A stretch of 64,000 nucleotides of DNA from Piromyces finnis finn (Eukaryota; Fungi; Neocallimastigomycota): the NCBI GenBank assembly GCA_002104945.1, contig MCFH01000027.1, positions 186,001-250,000 on the forward strand. Direction: 5' to 3'. Numbering within the stretch: the stretch's first letter is position 1; each line of letters opens with the position of its first letter. A program made the translations under genes and the position numbers. The notes below the pieces were generated by a model that searched no databases, was not told the origin of the DNA, and worked only from the letters and a program-made list of their open reading frames with translations. This document shows positions 36,718 to 50,803 of this stretch, piece by piece.

Positions 36718-37686
36718 ATGGATAATACTACTAAAGGTATTACCTTTAATAGAATACCTATTTTGGGTTCAACAAAGGTTGAATTTGATGATTGGGAATT
36801 TTCTTTCAAACATTGGTGTAATTTATATAAGGTACCAGAACAAGAAAAGTTAGAATACCTTATATCATTAACTACAGGTACAGCTAGAACAATTGTAGTT
36901 AATGCATTAAATAAAGAAACACCAGATGATTATAATACCATCATCAAAAACCTTAAAAGTCATTTTAAAGGTTCAGTACCAAAGAATTCTAGATTATTAG
37001 AATTGTCTACTATTACAATAAAGAAAAATGAAAGTGTATCTGAATTCAATATTAAATTTGACTCTTTAATAAATAAAACAAACTTAAAAATGTCAAATGA
37101 AATCATATTGTCCTACTATATTAATGCTTTTAGAAACCTTACTAAAACTTACGAAGCACTTTTAGAAGCTGAACCAAAAAGTTTAGAAGAAGCCAGAAAC
37201 ATTACTATTAAGAAAGAGAAAATTTTCAATATAGTTGAAGAAAATAGACCAAAAATAAGAACTTCCATTAATTCTAGAAGGTCTCCAAATGATAATAATG
37301 CACAAAGAAATAATGATAGAGCATATTCAAATAATTTTAATAGTTATAACCGAATGAATAACAATAACACTACTCAAAATAGTTTTAAAAATTATAATAA
37401 TAGAAATTATACTAATAACTACAGAAATAATAATTATAATAGTAATATTCAAAATAATAACTACAATAATGATAACAATAATTATTCAAGATTTAATAAT
37501 ATTAATCAAAACGTTGAGCAAAGAAAAAGTACCTTAAAATACCCACAAAATAATGATGATGAGTTAAAAGAAATAACTCAAAAGCTTGCTGACCTAAAAA
37601 TTAATGTTTGCTTAAATTGTAAAAGAATAGGTCATACTACGAATGATTGTCCAGAATTAGTTGACGAATACAATCATTTAAACTAA
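36718..37686 (+). CDS. gag: Gag (322 aa) with CCHC knuckle
   Basis: CLNCKRIGHTTNDC; ends HLN* at T TTA AAC TAA. Confidence 0.9.
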   Translation: MDNTTKGITFNRIPILGSTKVEFDDWEFSFKHWCNLYKVPEQEKLEYLISLTTGTARTIVVNALNKETPDDYNTIIKNLKSHFKGSVPKNSRLLELSTITIKKNESVSEFNIKFDSLINKTNLKMSNEIILSYYINAFRNLTKTYEALLEAEPKSLEEARNITIKKEKIFNIVEENRPKIRTSINSRRSPNDNNAQRNNDRAYSNNFNSYNRMNNNNTTQNSFKNYNNRNYTNNYRNNNYNSNIQNNNYNNDNNNYSRFNNINQNVEQRKSTLKYPQNNDDELKEITQKLADLKINVCLNCKRIGHTTNDCPELVDEYNHLN

Positions 37687-40600
37687 ATAATGGGAGTAAG
37701 CAATCTCCCATAAAAACTAAAATTGCAAACAATTCACAAAATGTACAAGAAGCCCAAATAAATTCTAATATCTCTAATGAAAATAATTATTCTATAAATG
37801 CCGCTCAAAAGAAGAGAATAAATGTTAAAACACTAGATAAAAATAAAATATCACCAAATAATAAAAGTATTGTCAAACCCTCAATACTTAACCAACCCAA
37901 CATTAGGAATTTAAAACAACAAAAGAAGAATATTAGAGATACTCGTAGAAGAAAAATTAGTGAAGATAAAGATGAAGAGATGGAAGAAATCCCAAATGAA
38001 GAAACAGAAATAGAAAGTGAAGAAGAACAAAATAATACCAATGAAATACCTTTAGAAGAAGTTACGAATACAAAAGAACATATCCAACCTATTGAAATTA
38101 ATAACTCTAATGATTCTACCAATGAAGAAACTTTTAAAAATAATAATGAAACAAGTGATGTAAAAGTAAAGAAAAATTCTGTCAAAACCAAAGTAACCAC
38201 AAAAAGAAATATGACAGAAATACAAATGTTAAAAACCAAAGATAAATTTAGTATAATTAAAGAAGCAAATAATTTATATCCAAAAATAAGTCTTTCTCAA
38301 TTACTCTCTGCTAGTCCATCGCTTAGAAAAGAATTAGAACAAGGTTGTAAACCTAAAGTTGAAAAAGTGATGTACTCCTTTAATAACTCTAATATTCCAT
38401 TAATAATTGGCGACATAGATGGAAAATATTTAAAAATCCTTTATGATACTGGCGCAAACGTCAATATCATTACTACAAATGGTTTTAATAAATTATCTAA
38501 TAAAAATATTGAAAAAAGTGATGAGGAACAAAATATAACTATTGCTAATGGTACTACTGTTCCTACAAATATTTTTACTACTTTAAAAATAAATATTAAT
38601 AATTGTTGTACTATTTTAGAAAAATTTTATATTATAGAACAAAGTAACCCATACTTTGATATAATTTTTGGAAGAGGTATTCAAAAGAAATACCGTTTAT
38701 TTATTGACCCTGATGATGATTATATATACCAGAAAACTAAAAAAGGTTTAAAGAAAATTACAAATATTATCAATAGTAATGATAATGATATTAATGATAT
38801 TCCTTTGATGAATTCTATAATTATTTCAAAAGAAGAAAACCAAGAATTTCAAGATACATTAAAAGAAATTTTAAATTCAACACCTGATAATATTAAATCA
38901 AAATTTGAACATATTATAAATAAATATAAAAATTGTATGGCTACATCAATGTCTCAATTAACTACTGCGGATCTAGAGCCTCATTCTATAATTACTACTA
39001 CTAATAAACCAATAAAATTAAAACCTTATAAATTATCTAAGGAACATGCTGATATTTTAAAAAGTGAAATTCTTTCATTACTTGATAAAGGTTTAATTAC
39101 TCCTTCTCACTCTCCATGGTCATTTCCAGTTCTGCTTGTACAAAAGAAAAATGGTAAATGGAGAATGTGTATTGATTATAGAAGACTTAATGAAATTACC
39201 ATTAAGGATTCTTATGCACTTCCTTTTATTGATGAATTAATTTCTTCTGTTAATGGTGCAAAAATATTTTCTGCTTTAGATTTATATTCTGGCTATCATC
39301 AAATTCCTATGAATCCAAATGATATTGAAAAAACTGCTTTTACAACAAAATTTGGTAATTATAATTTTAAAGTAATGCCATTTGGTTTAACTAATGCTCC
39401 CGCTACTTTCCAGCGAGAAATGAATAGGATTCTCTTACCATTAATTGGTAAATGTCTTTTTGTTTATATTGATGATATTGTTGTTTATTCTAAATCACCA
39501 GAAGAACATCTTTATCATTTGCAACAAGTTTTTGAAATATTATCTAAATATAATCTTTCTCTTAATTTACAAAAATGTAAATTCTTTCAAGAAAAGGTAG
39601 AAGTACTAGGACATGTACTTACACCTAACGGATTAAAAACTGTTCCTTCTAAAGTTCAAAGTATTGCTTTATGGAATGCTCCAAAAAATGTTAATGAACT
39701 AAGATCATTCCTAGGTTTAGCTAGTTACTACCGCAAATTTATTCAAAATTTTTCTATTAGAGCAAGCTCTCTTTTTAATTTATTAAAGAAAGACCAAGAA
39801 TATATTTGGTCACAAGAATGTAATAATGCTTTTGAAGATATCCGACAATGTCTATTAAGTGATCCTATTTTAAGTTATCCTGATTTTAATAAAGAATTTA
39901 TTATTCGTACTGATGCATCAACTAATGGCATTGGTGCTGTACTCTTACAGGTGGAGGGGGACAAATTGGAACATCCAATTTGTTGTATTAGTCGTACTTT
40001 ATCTACTTCAGAAAAGAATTATTCTGTTACTGACCTTGAAGGATTAGCTATTTATTATGCAATTCTACAATTTCGTCAATATATTATAAGTAATAAAAAT
40101 CCTACCATATTAATTACTGATCATAAACCATTACTGGGATTTTATAAAAAGAATATTCCATCAAAAGGTAGACATGCAAGATGGATTGAAGAATTTAATA
40201 AATATAAAATTGAATTAAAATATGATAAAGGAAAGAAAAATGTTTTTGCTGATGCCCTTTCAAGATTACCTTCTAAAAATTCTGATGAAATAGTAAATTG
40301 TGCTTATGCAATTTTGTCTGATTTTAATCCAAGAGATTTAGACCTACCTGAAGGAATAAAAAAATATTTTACTAAAAATTATCAAGTTGTTGATAATACT
40401 CTTTATTATAAAAAAGATGAATTATATCTTAAAGTTATTTACAAAGATGAAGATAAAAAAGATATTATTAGTCGTGCTCATTCTGTTGGTCATGAAGGTG
40501 CTGAAAAGACCACAAATAGAATTTTAAAATCTTATTATTGGCCTGGTATTTGGAATGATGTTAGAATGTGGGTAAAGTCCTGTAGAAAATGTCAACTTTG

Positions 40601-41528
40601 TAGACCTAAGCCTTTACCTAAAAATACTGAAGATATTATAACCCCAATTGAACAACCATTTACTAGAGTCGGATTAGATATAGTTGGCCCATTACCACTT
40701 ACTAAACATGGAAATTCTTATATTATTACCCTTGTTGATTATTTTACTAAATGGGTTGAAGCTAAAGCAATTCCAAATATGAAATCAGAAGAAGTAATAA
40801 AATTTTTAATAGAAGTAATAACAAGACATGGTCCACCAGAAATAATTGTTACTGATAATGGAAGTTCATTTATTTCTGATATTACTAAAATGATGATTGA
40901 TGTATATGGATCATGGGTTCATTTTGTTTCTCCTCATCACCTACAATCTAATGGTATGATTGAGAATAGAAACAAAGAAATAGGAAAAACTTTAAGACTC
41001 TTAATTGAAAATGAATCTGAATGGGATGAATATCTACCATCTGCATTATGGTCACTTAGAACTACCAAAAATTCAAAAACAAAGTTTAGTAGTTTCGAAT
41101 TATTATATGGTAGAAGAGACACATGGCCATTAGAAATAATGTTTCCCGATATTTATAAAGATCCTAATGAAACAGAAGAAGAATATATTTTTAGAAGATT
41201 TTTAAGGCATCAAAATTGGGTAAAACAAGCTACTGAATATTCTAATCATGCTAATCAATATTGGGAACATAGAATAGGTTTATCCAAAGCTTTAAAGAAG
41301 ACTTATAAACCGGGTGATTATGTTATGATAAGATTAATAGGAAGAAGTAAATTAAATCCTTATTTTTATGGTCCTTATAAAGTTGTTAATAAACAAAAAT
41401 TTAATACTGTTGTACTTGAAGATCCACATACAGGAAAACTACTTGATAGAAATGTACATATTAAAAATATTTTTCCTTACGTTCTACCAGAACAAAATTT
41501 AACTTCAAGGGACGAAGTTAATTCTTAA
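37677..41528 (+). CDS. pol: Pol (PR-RT-RNase H-IN) in the -1 frame
   Basis: Open from TTTAAAC at 37677 (the Met-start ORF begins at 37980); ILYDTGAN, CIDYRRLN, YIDD, IRTDAS, IN core, YFYGPYKV; ends TSRDEVNS. Confidence 0.95.
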   Translation, partial: FKLNNGSKQSPIKTKIANNSQNVQEAQINSNISNENNYSINAAQKKRINVKTLDKNKISPNNKSIVKPSILNQPNIRNLKQQKKNIRDTRRRKISEDKDEEMEEIPNEETEIESEEEQNNTNEIPLEEVTNTKEHIQPIEINNSNDSTNEETFKNNNETSDVKVKKNSVKTKVTTKRNMTEIQMLKTKDKFSIIKEANNLYPKISLSQLLSASPSLRKELEQGCKPKVEKVMYSFNNSNIPLIIGDIDGKYLKILYDTGANVNIITTNGFNKLSNKNIEKSDEEQNITIANGTTVPTNIFTTLKININNCCTILEKFYIIEQSNPYFDIIFGRGIQKKYRLFIDPDDDYIYQKTKKGLKKITNIINSNDNDINDIPLMNSIIISKEENQEFQDTLKEILNSTPDNIKSKFEHIINKYKNCMATSMSQLTTADLEPHSIITTTNKPIKLKPYKLSKEHADILKSEILSLLDKGLITPSHSPWSFPVLLVQKKNGKWRMCIDYRRLNEITIKDSYALPFIDELISSVNGAKIFSALDLYSGYHQIPMNPNDIEKTAFTTKFGNYNFKVMPFGLTNAPATFQREMNRILLPLIGKCLFVYIDDIVVYSKSPEEHLYHLQQVFEILSKYNLSLNLQKCKFFQEKVEVLGHVLTPNGLKTVPSKVQSIALWNAPKNVNELRSFLGLASYYRKFIQNFSIRASSLFNLLKKDQEYIWSQECNNAFEDIRQCLLSDPILSYPDFNKEFIIRTDASTNGIGAVLLQVEGDKLEHPICCISRTLSTSEKNYSVTDLEGLAIYYAILQFRQYIISNKNPTILITDHKPLLGFYKKNIPSKGRHARWIEEFNKYKIELKYDKGKKNVFADALSRLPSKNSDEIVNCAYAILSDFNPRDLDLPEGIKKYFTKNYQVVDNTLYYKKDELYLKVIYKDEDKKDIISRAHSVGHEGAEKTTNRILKSYYWPGIWNDVRMWVKSCRKCQLCRPKPLPKNTEDIITPIEQPFTRVGLDIVGPLPLTKHGNSYIITLVDYFTKWVEAKAIPNMKSEEVIKFLIEVITRHGPPEIIVTDNGSSFISDITKMMIDVYGSWVHFVSPHHLQSNGMIENRNKEIGKTLRLLIENESEWDEYLPSALWSLRTTKNSKTKFSSFELLYGRRDTWPLEIMFPDIYKDPNETEEEYIFRRFLRHQNWVKQATEYSNHANQYWEHRIGLSKALKKTYKPGDYVMIRLIGRSKLNPYFYGPYKVVNKQKFNTVVLEDPHTGKLLDRNVHIKNIFPYVLPEQNLTSRDEVNS

Positions 41529-42356
41529 AAGGCCGAGAAACTGATAAATAATGAAATTAATAAATATAAAATTATTATTAAACCTGATTTTCAAATTAAC
41601 CCTAAAAGTAACTTTAAATAAGTTATAGTTTAATTAATTACTTTACCAAAATTCTAAAATAAAATTAATCCTAAACACTGCATATATTCTAATTATTGAA
41701 AGAAAATAATAAACTTTAATTAATCGAGATCAAAATATATAACTTTTGTTAAATTAATTATTAAATTAAATATTTAATAACTTCGTTAGTAAATTACACT
41801 TTAAAAGTAAACAAATATAATAATCCATGTTATAAAATAATATAATTATACACTTTTATTAAAACATTAAAAATAGTTATTACTTTAATTAATTGTAAAA
41901 TAAACAACTTTTTATATTCTTTAACTTTTAATTATTTCTTTTATTGTTATTTTTAATTACTTTTATTACTTTTACTGTAAATAGTTATTAATTTTATTAT
42001 TTTAATGTAAATAGTTTAAAATTAAAAGAAAATATAAATACATGTAAATATTCTTATTTTAATCATTATTATTATTATTAATAAAGAAATATTATATAGT
42101 TAGATTAATATTTTATAATTTTAATAATCACTTTTATACTTAAATAAATAAAATTTTAAATATTTAAATATTAGAAAAACAAGTGTTTCTAATAAAACAA
42201 TTTAGTGTTTTAACAAAACAATTTTATTAATTTTTATAAAAACGATTTTAAATCTTAATCAATATAACTTATATAGTTATAACAAAAGATATAATATAAT
42301 AATCACTTTTTGAAGTAAAATTCAAAATTAAGATTATTATCAAATTATATCATTTT

Positions 42357-44290
42357 TGATAAAGAATGAAATTAATAAATATAAAATTATTATTATACCT
42401 GATTTTTATGTCACGAATACTAGTGGAAATACAATTTCAAGATCACTTGGAATTGTGAAATCACTTATGAAATTTCAAAATCAACAAATATTTTATTTTC
42501 AAATAAATTATAAAATTTTATTAAGAAATATTTAAAAATTTAGAAAAGGTTAAAATATGACCTTAACCCTTAATAATTTTTATAATAAATAACTTTAACC
42601 CTTATCGTTAAAATGGAATAAGGAAAAACACGCGTATCTCCTCAACGAATGACGATTTTTGAATAAAAATATTTTGGTTATAATTACGTTCGTTAGAAAG
42701 CCACGCTCGAGACAAACAACATATCTTAAAATCAGGTCAATATCTCTGCTAGTTCACGAGATATTCCAATTTAAAGATATTTTGTTAGCAATGATTAATT
42801 GTTTATTCAGAGAATGATCACCCCTGATATATCAAACATAAATCATTCACTCAAAGTATAAAAATTATTGTTTAATTAAATTAAAATTATTTTCCGGAAC
42901 TAATTAACTTTATTTTATAATAATTATTTCAATAACATAATTTATAATCTTTGAACTAGAGGATTATAATTATTAATATTATATTCAATGAATTATATTA
43001 TAATTAAGAAATAATTAATATTATGAATATTATAAACAATAGTTATTTTTTAATAATTAGGAATAAGTCTTAAGTTTAGTTTAAGTATTATAAAATATAT
43101 TATGAATATAATCATGTATTGAAAAGTTATTTTATTATTAAATGTAAAATTACAAATAGTATAAATAGTTTAGAATAGTTTATGAAATTAAAATCTTTGT
43201 AAAGATTATTAACCATAAATTATTAAATTATTAACTATAAATTATTAACTAAAGATTATTAACTATAAATTATTAACTATTAATAATAATTAATACTTAA
43301 TGAGTATTACTACTAAATAATCTTATTATTATATATTTTAGCAATATATCATTAAATAAAATAAAAGAAATTATTTTAACCATAATATATAATTTAATTA
43401 TTCATTTATAAATCAATTAAGATTATTTTAATAAAACATTTTTTTTTTCTAACCTAGTTATCTTTTAACCTTTTATTTAATTTAATATTTTAATATTAAA
43501 TTATAAGTTTAGTAAAACTTTTACATTTTAAGTTAACCCTAAAAGTAACTTAAAACAAGTTATAGTTTAATTAAGTACTTTACCAAAATTCTAAAATAAA
43601 ATTAATCCTAAACACTGCATATGTTTTGATTATTGAAAGAAAATAATAAACTTTAATTAATCGAGATCAAAATATATAACTTTTGTTAAATTAATTGTTA
43701 AATTAAATATTTAATAACTTCGTTAGTAAATTACATTTTAAAAGTAAACAAATATAATAATTCATGTTATAAAATAATATAATTAAACACCTTTATTAAA
43801 ACATTAAAAATAATTATTACTTTAATTAATTGTAAAATAAACAACTTTTTATATTCTTTAACTTTTAATTATTTCTTTTATTGTTATTTCTAATTACTTT
43901 TATTACTTTTATTGTAAATAGTTATTAATTTTATTGTTTTAATGTAAATAGTTTAAATTTAAAAGAAAATATAAATACATGTAAATATTCTTATTTTAAT
44001 CATTATTATTATTATTAATAAAGAAATTTTATATAGTTAGATTAATATTTTATAATTTTAATAATCACTTTTATACTTAAATAAATAAAAATTTTAAATA
44101 TTTAAATATTAGAAAAACAAGTGTTTCTAATAAAACCATTTAGTGTTTTAACAAAACAATTTTTTTAATTTTTATAAAAACGATTTTAAATCTTAATCAA
44201 TATAACTTATATAGTTATAACAAAAGATATAATATAATAATCACTTTTTGAAGTAAAATTCAAAATTAAGATTATTATCAAATTATATCA
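42357..44290 (+). mobile_element. Solo LTR-A containing a nested solo LTR-D
   Basis: TGATA…TATCA; matches 41542-42352 once 42409-43525 and one TSD copy are removed. Confidence 0.9.
42409..43525 (+). mobile_element. Nested solo LTR-D
   Basis: TGTCACG…TTTTACA; TSD TTTTA at 42404-42408 and 43526-43530; near-identical to 2592-3891 except for tandem-repeat copy number. Confidence 0.92.
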
Positions 44291-44297
44291 CTTTTTT

Positions 44298-44791
44298 TGA
44301 TAAAGAATGAAATTTATAAATAATGAATTAATAGAATAGCTGATTTTAAAATTATATAAACCTAATATAAATTAAAATAATAGTAAATAATCAAAATAAT
44401 ATAAAATATAAATGTTTAATTAAATTTTAAAAATGTAAAATAGAAACAACTTTTGTTTATAAACAAACTTAAATGTAATTATTTATTATAAATAGAAATA
44501 GAAAATATTATTTTTAAAGATTGTTACTAATTAGCCAGGAAAATTAGAATATTTTAAAATTATAATAAATTAATATATTTTTTTTATAATACATAGCGAG
44601 ATGTATTATACATTTATTTTAAATAAATAAACTAATATTATAAAACAAGATGTGTTTTTAAAACTTTAAATTATATTTAATAATTATATAAACTTGTAGA
44701 ATGAGCAAGTAAAAATAAATCATTCAAATACACACCAAATATACCACTTTCTAAGCTTATTTAGAATTAAGGTATATTTGAACGTGTGTCA
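44298..44791. mobile_element. Solo LTR (family L, 494 bp)
   Basis: TGATA…TGTCA between T-tracts; first ~20 bp resemble the LTR-A and LTR-F starts. Confidence 0.7.
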
Positions 44792-44795
44792 TTTT

Positions 44796-45415
44796 TGATA
44801 ACGGATTGGTAGTTATATTACAACTTTTTAACTACTTCTTCTGTTATCTTATATTGTTTTATCTCGACAGCTATTGTACGAGCTTTAACAATATCTACTA
44901 GTTTTATTAATTTATTTTAAGCTATTTTATAGTTTTAATAGTTTTATTATTTAATAATATTTATATAGAATAATAACACCAGATTTATTCTATAAAATAT
45001 TATTTATTATTAACACAATAATTACAAATTAGACAAGTTTAATTTCGTTTTTATATTTTCTTTTATTTATTGTTCTTACGCTCTTTTTAACAATAATTTT
45101 TATTATATAAAAACTTATTTTTGTCTTTTAAATATTATTATGTATTCACTAATTAATTATATTAACTATTATTAAAATTTAACTTATTATTAATAATCTA
45201 AGTCTTCTTATTTTCTACTAAAAATTATTATTATTCTTTATATTAAAAATTATTTTTATAATTTAACCCAATCAAATATATAAATTTATAAAATATTTGA
45301 TTTTATGTAAATTATATTTTTATAATAAACTATATAAAATTATTTAATAATTATTTTATAATAAAATTTTCTACTAATATCAAATGTATAATATATTTAT
45401 AATTATTATTTATCA
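44796..45415 (-). mobile_element. Solo LTR-B in inverted orientation (620 bp)
   Basis: Reverse complement of 9694-10313; TTTT flanks. Confidence 0.92.
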
Positions 45416-45419
45416 TTTT

Positions 45420-46198
45420 TGATACAAGATGCATAGAAAAATATAATGTTTTAAATATTTTATGAACAATATCTAATCCTTTTATAAATTGTATATCAAT
45501 TACTAGTGTTAATAATAATTAAACTATATTAGTATAAATTATTATGACGCAAATGTTACACATATATTAGAATAATTAATTACACAAGAAATGAAAAGAT
45601 ATAAAAATAGTGAAAAAGAACAAGATATAAAAGGGGAGAAAAGAGAGAACTTTTCATTTATAAATAATATTTGATATTTTAGTTTTAAGTATAAGTTTTA
45701 TTTTATTTTATTTTAATAGTTCTAGTTTAAGTTAGTTTTAGGTTAATAATTAAGTATTTAGTATTTATTATATTTAATTCAGTTTAAAATATTAATTATA
45801 AAAGAAAAGAATATTTATTGTTTATTTTTTTTATTATTTCAGAAAAGTTATATTTTATTATTAATAAGAATTTTATCAACATATTTTTATATTTACATTT
45901 TATATTTAAGTATTTATATTTATTAAACAATAACTTTCGATTCTACTAGTATTGAATGTTATTAATGTTATAATCATAATAATAATAATAATTAAATAAA
46001 GAAACTTTAAACCAAAATCTATTTAATTATATTATTATAAAATTTATTATTTTTATTATTTGTTTTTATTATTTATTTTTATTATTATAAAATAGAAATA
46101 ACTACAATATTATCTAATATATTATTCAACTCTCATTCTCTATTGCTAACGTTCACAATTATATTTTATTTATGGTGTTTTTGAAATATATTGCATCA
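45420..46198. mobile_element. Solo LTR (family M, 779 bp)
   Basis: TGATACAA…TTGCATCA between TTTT spacers. Confidence 0.7.
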
Positions 46199-46202
46199 TT
46201 TT

Positions 46203-47361
46203 TGATACGCTACTCACATAAAAACATAATAAAAACTAGCTGAATAAACACGACTTAACCCATAGTAACTTATAATAAAAAAATAAACGATAATAACCCT
46301 TAAAAATGAATGAATAATAATTTTATGAAAATATAACCCTTTTTTTTAAATAAATAATATTCTCTTTATTATATAATAAATTCTGAGTAAAAACGACCTA
46401 ATAGTGATAATAATAAAATAAATTATTAAATAAAATAAATTATTAAATAAAATAAATTATTAAATAAAATAAAACGACTTAATCCAATAATGTAATAAAA
46501 TAATAAAATAATAATAAATAAATAAATAAAAGTGAATAAATAAACTAAAAATAAAATGGTATAAATCAAATTATTAATTCTAGTGTTTATCCAAGTGTTC
46601 TTTAGAAATTCTCTTAAACCTTATAAATTAATAAATAGCTAATTGAGTAACTATTACTAAAATGATAAACTTAAAACCTGGAAATAGAACAATAATAACA
46701 ATTCTAAAGATAAAATACAGAACTCTTTTATGTTTCTGTATAAAATGAATGTTTATAATAATTGATACTTTTAATATTTTAATTTTGTTAAATTTTTATT
46801 TTAATTTTATTTTAATTTTATTTTAATTTTATTTTAATTTTATTTTAATATTATTTTAATTTTAAATTTTAATTATTTTATTCAAGGTATTATACATTTA
46901 ATGATAGTCAATGATAATTTATAATAATTTTTCTAAATTTAAACATTTTGAAGTAATAAGAAAATCAAATAAGTAATATTCTATAATATTTTATAATACT
47001 AAGACATAATTTTAATTTATTCTTTTAATTTTAATAAATAATAACAATAGTAATAATAATATTTAATAGTTAAAAATAATAATACATGTAATAAATGAAA
47101 ATGTATAAAAGGAAGATAAAATTCTTCTTTATAAAGACGGACAATAAATAAGAGAATAAAAAGAACAATAAATAGATAATAAATAAATTATAAAATATAA
47201 TAAAGATTTAAGAGTTTATTTTCGAGTTTTGCGTGATTTATTTATTAATTATAAAACATATTTTTATTTTATTTTAAATTTATTGTTTCATCATGATAAT
47301 ATAGAGTTTATTATTTATTAAAAACATTATATTATTCAAAAATATATCGGTCAACGCATCA
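46203..47361 (+). mobile_element. Solo LTR family E (1159 bp)
   Basis: TGATACGC…ACGCATCA; homologous to 10892-11888. Confidence 0.85.
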
Positions 47362-47365
47362 TTTT

Positions 47366-49173
47366 TATAGGTAATGAAATTAATAAATATAAAATTATTA
47401 TTAAACCTGATTTTTATGTAAAAGTTTTACTAAACTTATAATTTAATATTAAAATATTAAATTAAATAAAAGATTACAGATAACTAGGTTAGAAAAAATG
47501 TTTTATTAAAATAATCTTAATTGTTTTATAAATGAATAATAATTAAATTATGTATTATAGTTAAAATAATTTCTTTTTATTTTATTTGAAGAGTATATAT
47601 AATAATAAGATTATTTAATAGTAATACTTGTTAAGTATCAATAAGGTAATAATCTTTACAAAGATTTAATTCATAAAACTATTCTAAACTATTTATACTA
47701 TTTGTAATTTTACATTTAATAATAAAATAACTTTTTAATACATGATTATTTTTTATAATATATTTTATAATACTAAGGTTAAACTTAAGACTTATTACTA
47801 ATTATTAAAAATAACTATTGCTTATATATTCATAATATTAATTATTTCTTAATTATAATATAATTCATTGAATATAATATTAATAATTTATAATCTTTTA
47901 ATTCAAAGATTATAAGTTACGTTATTGAAATAATTATTATAAAATAAAGTTAATTAATTCCGGAAAATAATTTTAATTTAATTAAAACAATAATTTATAT
48001 CCTTTTGGGTGAATGATTTATGTTCAATACATCAGGGGTGATCATTCTCTTAATAAACAATTAATCATTACTAACAAAATATCTTTAAATTGGAATATCT
48101 CGTGAACCAGCAGAGATATCGACCTGATTTTAAGATATGTTGTTTATCTCAAGCGTGGCTTTCTAACGAACCCACAATCTCCCAACCATAATTTCCCAAA
48201 AATCGTCATTCGTTAAGGAGATACATATGTTTTTCCTAATTTAATTTTGACGATAAGGGTTAAAATTATTTGTTATAAAAATATTAAGGGTTAAGGTCAT
48301 ATCTTAACCTTTTCTAAATTTTTTTAAATATTTCTTAATATAATTTTATAATTTATTTGAAAATAAAATATTATTGATTTTGAAATTTTATAAGTAATTT
48401 CACAATTTCAAGTGATCTTGAAATTGCAGATTCCACTAGTATTCGTGACATTTTAAGTTAACCCTAAAAGTAACTTAAAATGAGTTATAGTTTAATTAAG
48501 TACTTTACCAAAATTCTTAAATAAAATTAATCTTAAACACTGCATATATTTTGATTATTAAAAGAAAATAATAAACTTTAATTAATCGAGATCAAAATAT
48601 ATAACTTTTGTTAAATTAATTGTTAAATTAAATGTTTAATAACTTCTTTAGTAAATTACACTTTAAAAGTAAACAAATATAATAATTCATGTTATAAAAT
48701 AATATAATTAAACGCTTTTATTAAAATATTAAAAATATTTATTACTTTAATTAATTGTAAAATAAACAACTTTTTATATTCTTTAACTTTTAATGATTTC
48801 TTTTATTGTTATTTTTAATTACTTTTACTACTTTTATTGTAAATAGTTTAAATTTAAAATAAAATATAAATACATGTAAATATTCTTATTTTAATGATAA
48901 TTATTATTATTAATAAAGAATATATATAATTTATTTTTATAATTTTAATAATCATTTTAATAACTTAATAAATAAAATTTTAAATATTTAAATATTAGAA
49001 AAACGAGTGTTTCTAATATAACAATTTAGTGTTGTAACAAAACAATTTTATTAATTTTTATAAAAACAATTTCAAATTTTAATTCATATAATTTATATAG
49101 TTATAATTAAAGATATAATATAATAATCACTTTTTGAAGTAAAATTCAAAATTAAGATTATAAAATTATATCA
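47366..49173 (+). mobile_element. Diverged solo LTR-A with a nested inverted LTR-D
   Basis: Degenerate start TATAGGTAATGAAATT; ends TATCA; many substitutions versus 41542-42352. Confidence 0.85.
47417..48450 (-). mobile_element. Nested solo LTR-D, inverted and diverged
   Basis: Reverse complement of 2592-3891; TSD TTTTA at 47412-47416 and 48451-48455. Confidence 0.9.
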
Positions 49174-49176
49174 TTT

Positions 49177-49290
49177 TGATACTTTGAAATTATTATCTTA
49201 ATTCTATAAATGAATATAGAAAGTAATAATATTTGTATCTAAAATTTAATAAATAAAAATAAAGAAAATAAAATAATGATTTTTATACTT
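49177..49290 (+). mobile_element. Start of LTR family H (right end not defined)
   Basis: TGATAC after a TTT spacer; first ~100 bp match 34261-34365. Confidence 0.65.
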
Positions 49291-50602
49291 GTTCATTTGC
49301 AAGTGTTAGTTTTATGATATAAAATTTATCTTATTTAATTATAAAATTACATAATTATAATAACTCTAATATTATTATATATTTATTATAGTCTAATTTT
49401 CAGGGATTATTAGTAACCCTTTTAAAAATAAGTTTTATTATAAAATCATATTTGAATTTAAAATTTTAAAATATATATCTAATTTTTCGTTCTGGATAAT
49501 TAGGAACAATTTTTAAAAAGAACATTTTCTATTACTATTTATAATAATTAATACTTTTAATATTTCAATTTTGTTATAATTTTATTCTAATCTTATTTTA
49601 GTAATAATTTTATTTTGATATACTGCCATGTTAATATAATTAATAATAAAATAACTTATTTAATTTAAAAATTAAACAAGATATTTATTTTCCTTCATGT
49701 CAGCTTAATGAAGAAATACTTTTATTTTTACTATTCTTAATTCTTTTTTCTTTTTTTTAAAAAAAATTACTTTATTTAGTAAACTAAAAAAAAGTTTTTA
49801 AAAAGAATTCTTTACCAAGAAAAAGAAGATTTTTGTTAATGTATTAAAAAAATTGAAAACCTTAACGCCAAAAAAAAAAAAAAAAAATTAAATTTTTAAG
49901 TAACAAAATTAAATATAAATGAGTTTTCATAAATATTAAATTATATACAATTTTAAAAGAGACAAAAGATTTTTAATAGTATCTGAAATTTTAATAATAT
50001 TATTTTTATTTGAATTTCTATTAAAAAATCGATTTTTTTAAAAAAAGGTATATTGATTTATGCATTGATATATTTATATTTTCTAAATAGAGTTATTACA
50101 AAAGAATGCAAATAGTTTTCAATATTAACAAATTTTTTTTTTTCTTAAAGTTTAGTTAAATCATTTCTCATTAAATATTTATTTTCCAAAAAAAATGAAT
50201 AAAATAAATTATTAATACTACTAAAGAACATTTCTTAATGATTATTTTTACTAAATGAAAAAAAGATATATTTCTTAAAGATTTATATTAATAATAATTT
50301 TTACAATAGTTCAAATTTTGTAAAAATTTTAAAGAAATTAAGATAGGAAGTTCATTACCATTTAACCATTTATTAAAATTTCATTATACATGAATATATA
50401 TTATACTATTTAATAAATGAAAATTTTATAAATTTCTAATATTATTTTAATAATAAAAAATAAAATGAGGAAAAAAATACATACAAATAATAATAATGAT
50501 AAACTATATTTTCAAACACAAATTAAAATTTCATGTCATAATTCACAAGAATATTAATTATTATCGAATATTAATTAAATAGAAAAGAAAATATTTTAAT
50601 TC

Positions 50603-50650
50603 ATTATTAAAATTATTATTATTAAAATTATTATTATTATTATTATTCTA

Positions 50651-50687
<37 letters not shown>

Positions 50688-50689
50688 TA

Positions 50690-50747
<58 letters not shown>

Positions 50748-50780
50748 TAATTATTATTATTATTATTGTTATTGTTATTG
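50603..50780. repeat. (ATT)n microsatellite
   Basis: Long ATT run with occasional CTA/AAA interruptions. Confidence 0.95.
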
Positions 50781-50803
50781 ATTTCTATTTTCGTAATAAA
50801 AAT

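Larger units (their letters stand above)
34261..42352 (+). mobile_element. Ty3/gypsy element (family A) with intact gag/pol and a chimeric 5' LTR
   Basis: 811-bp 3' LTR at 41542-42352. The 5' LTR (34261-34681) has about 100 bp of family H fused to the last ~315 bp of LTR-A. PBS at 34683; TTTT flanks. Confidence 0.9.
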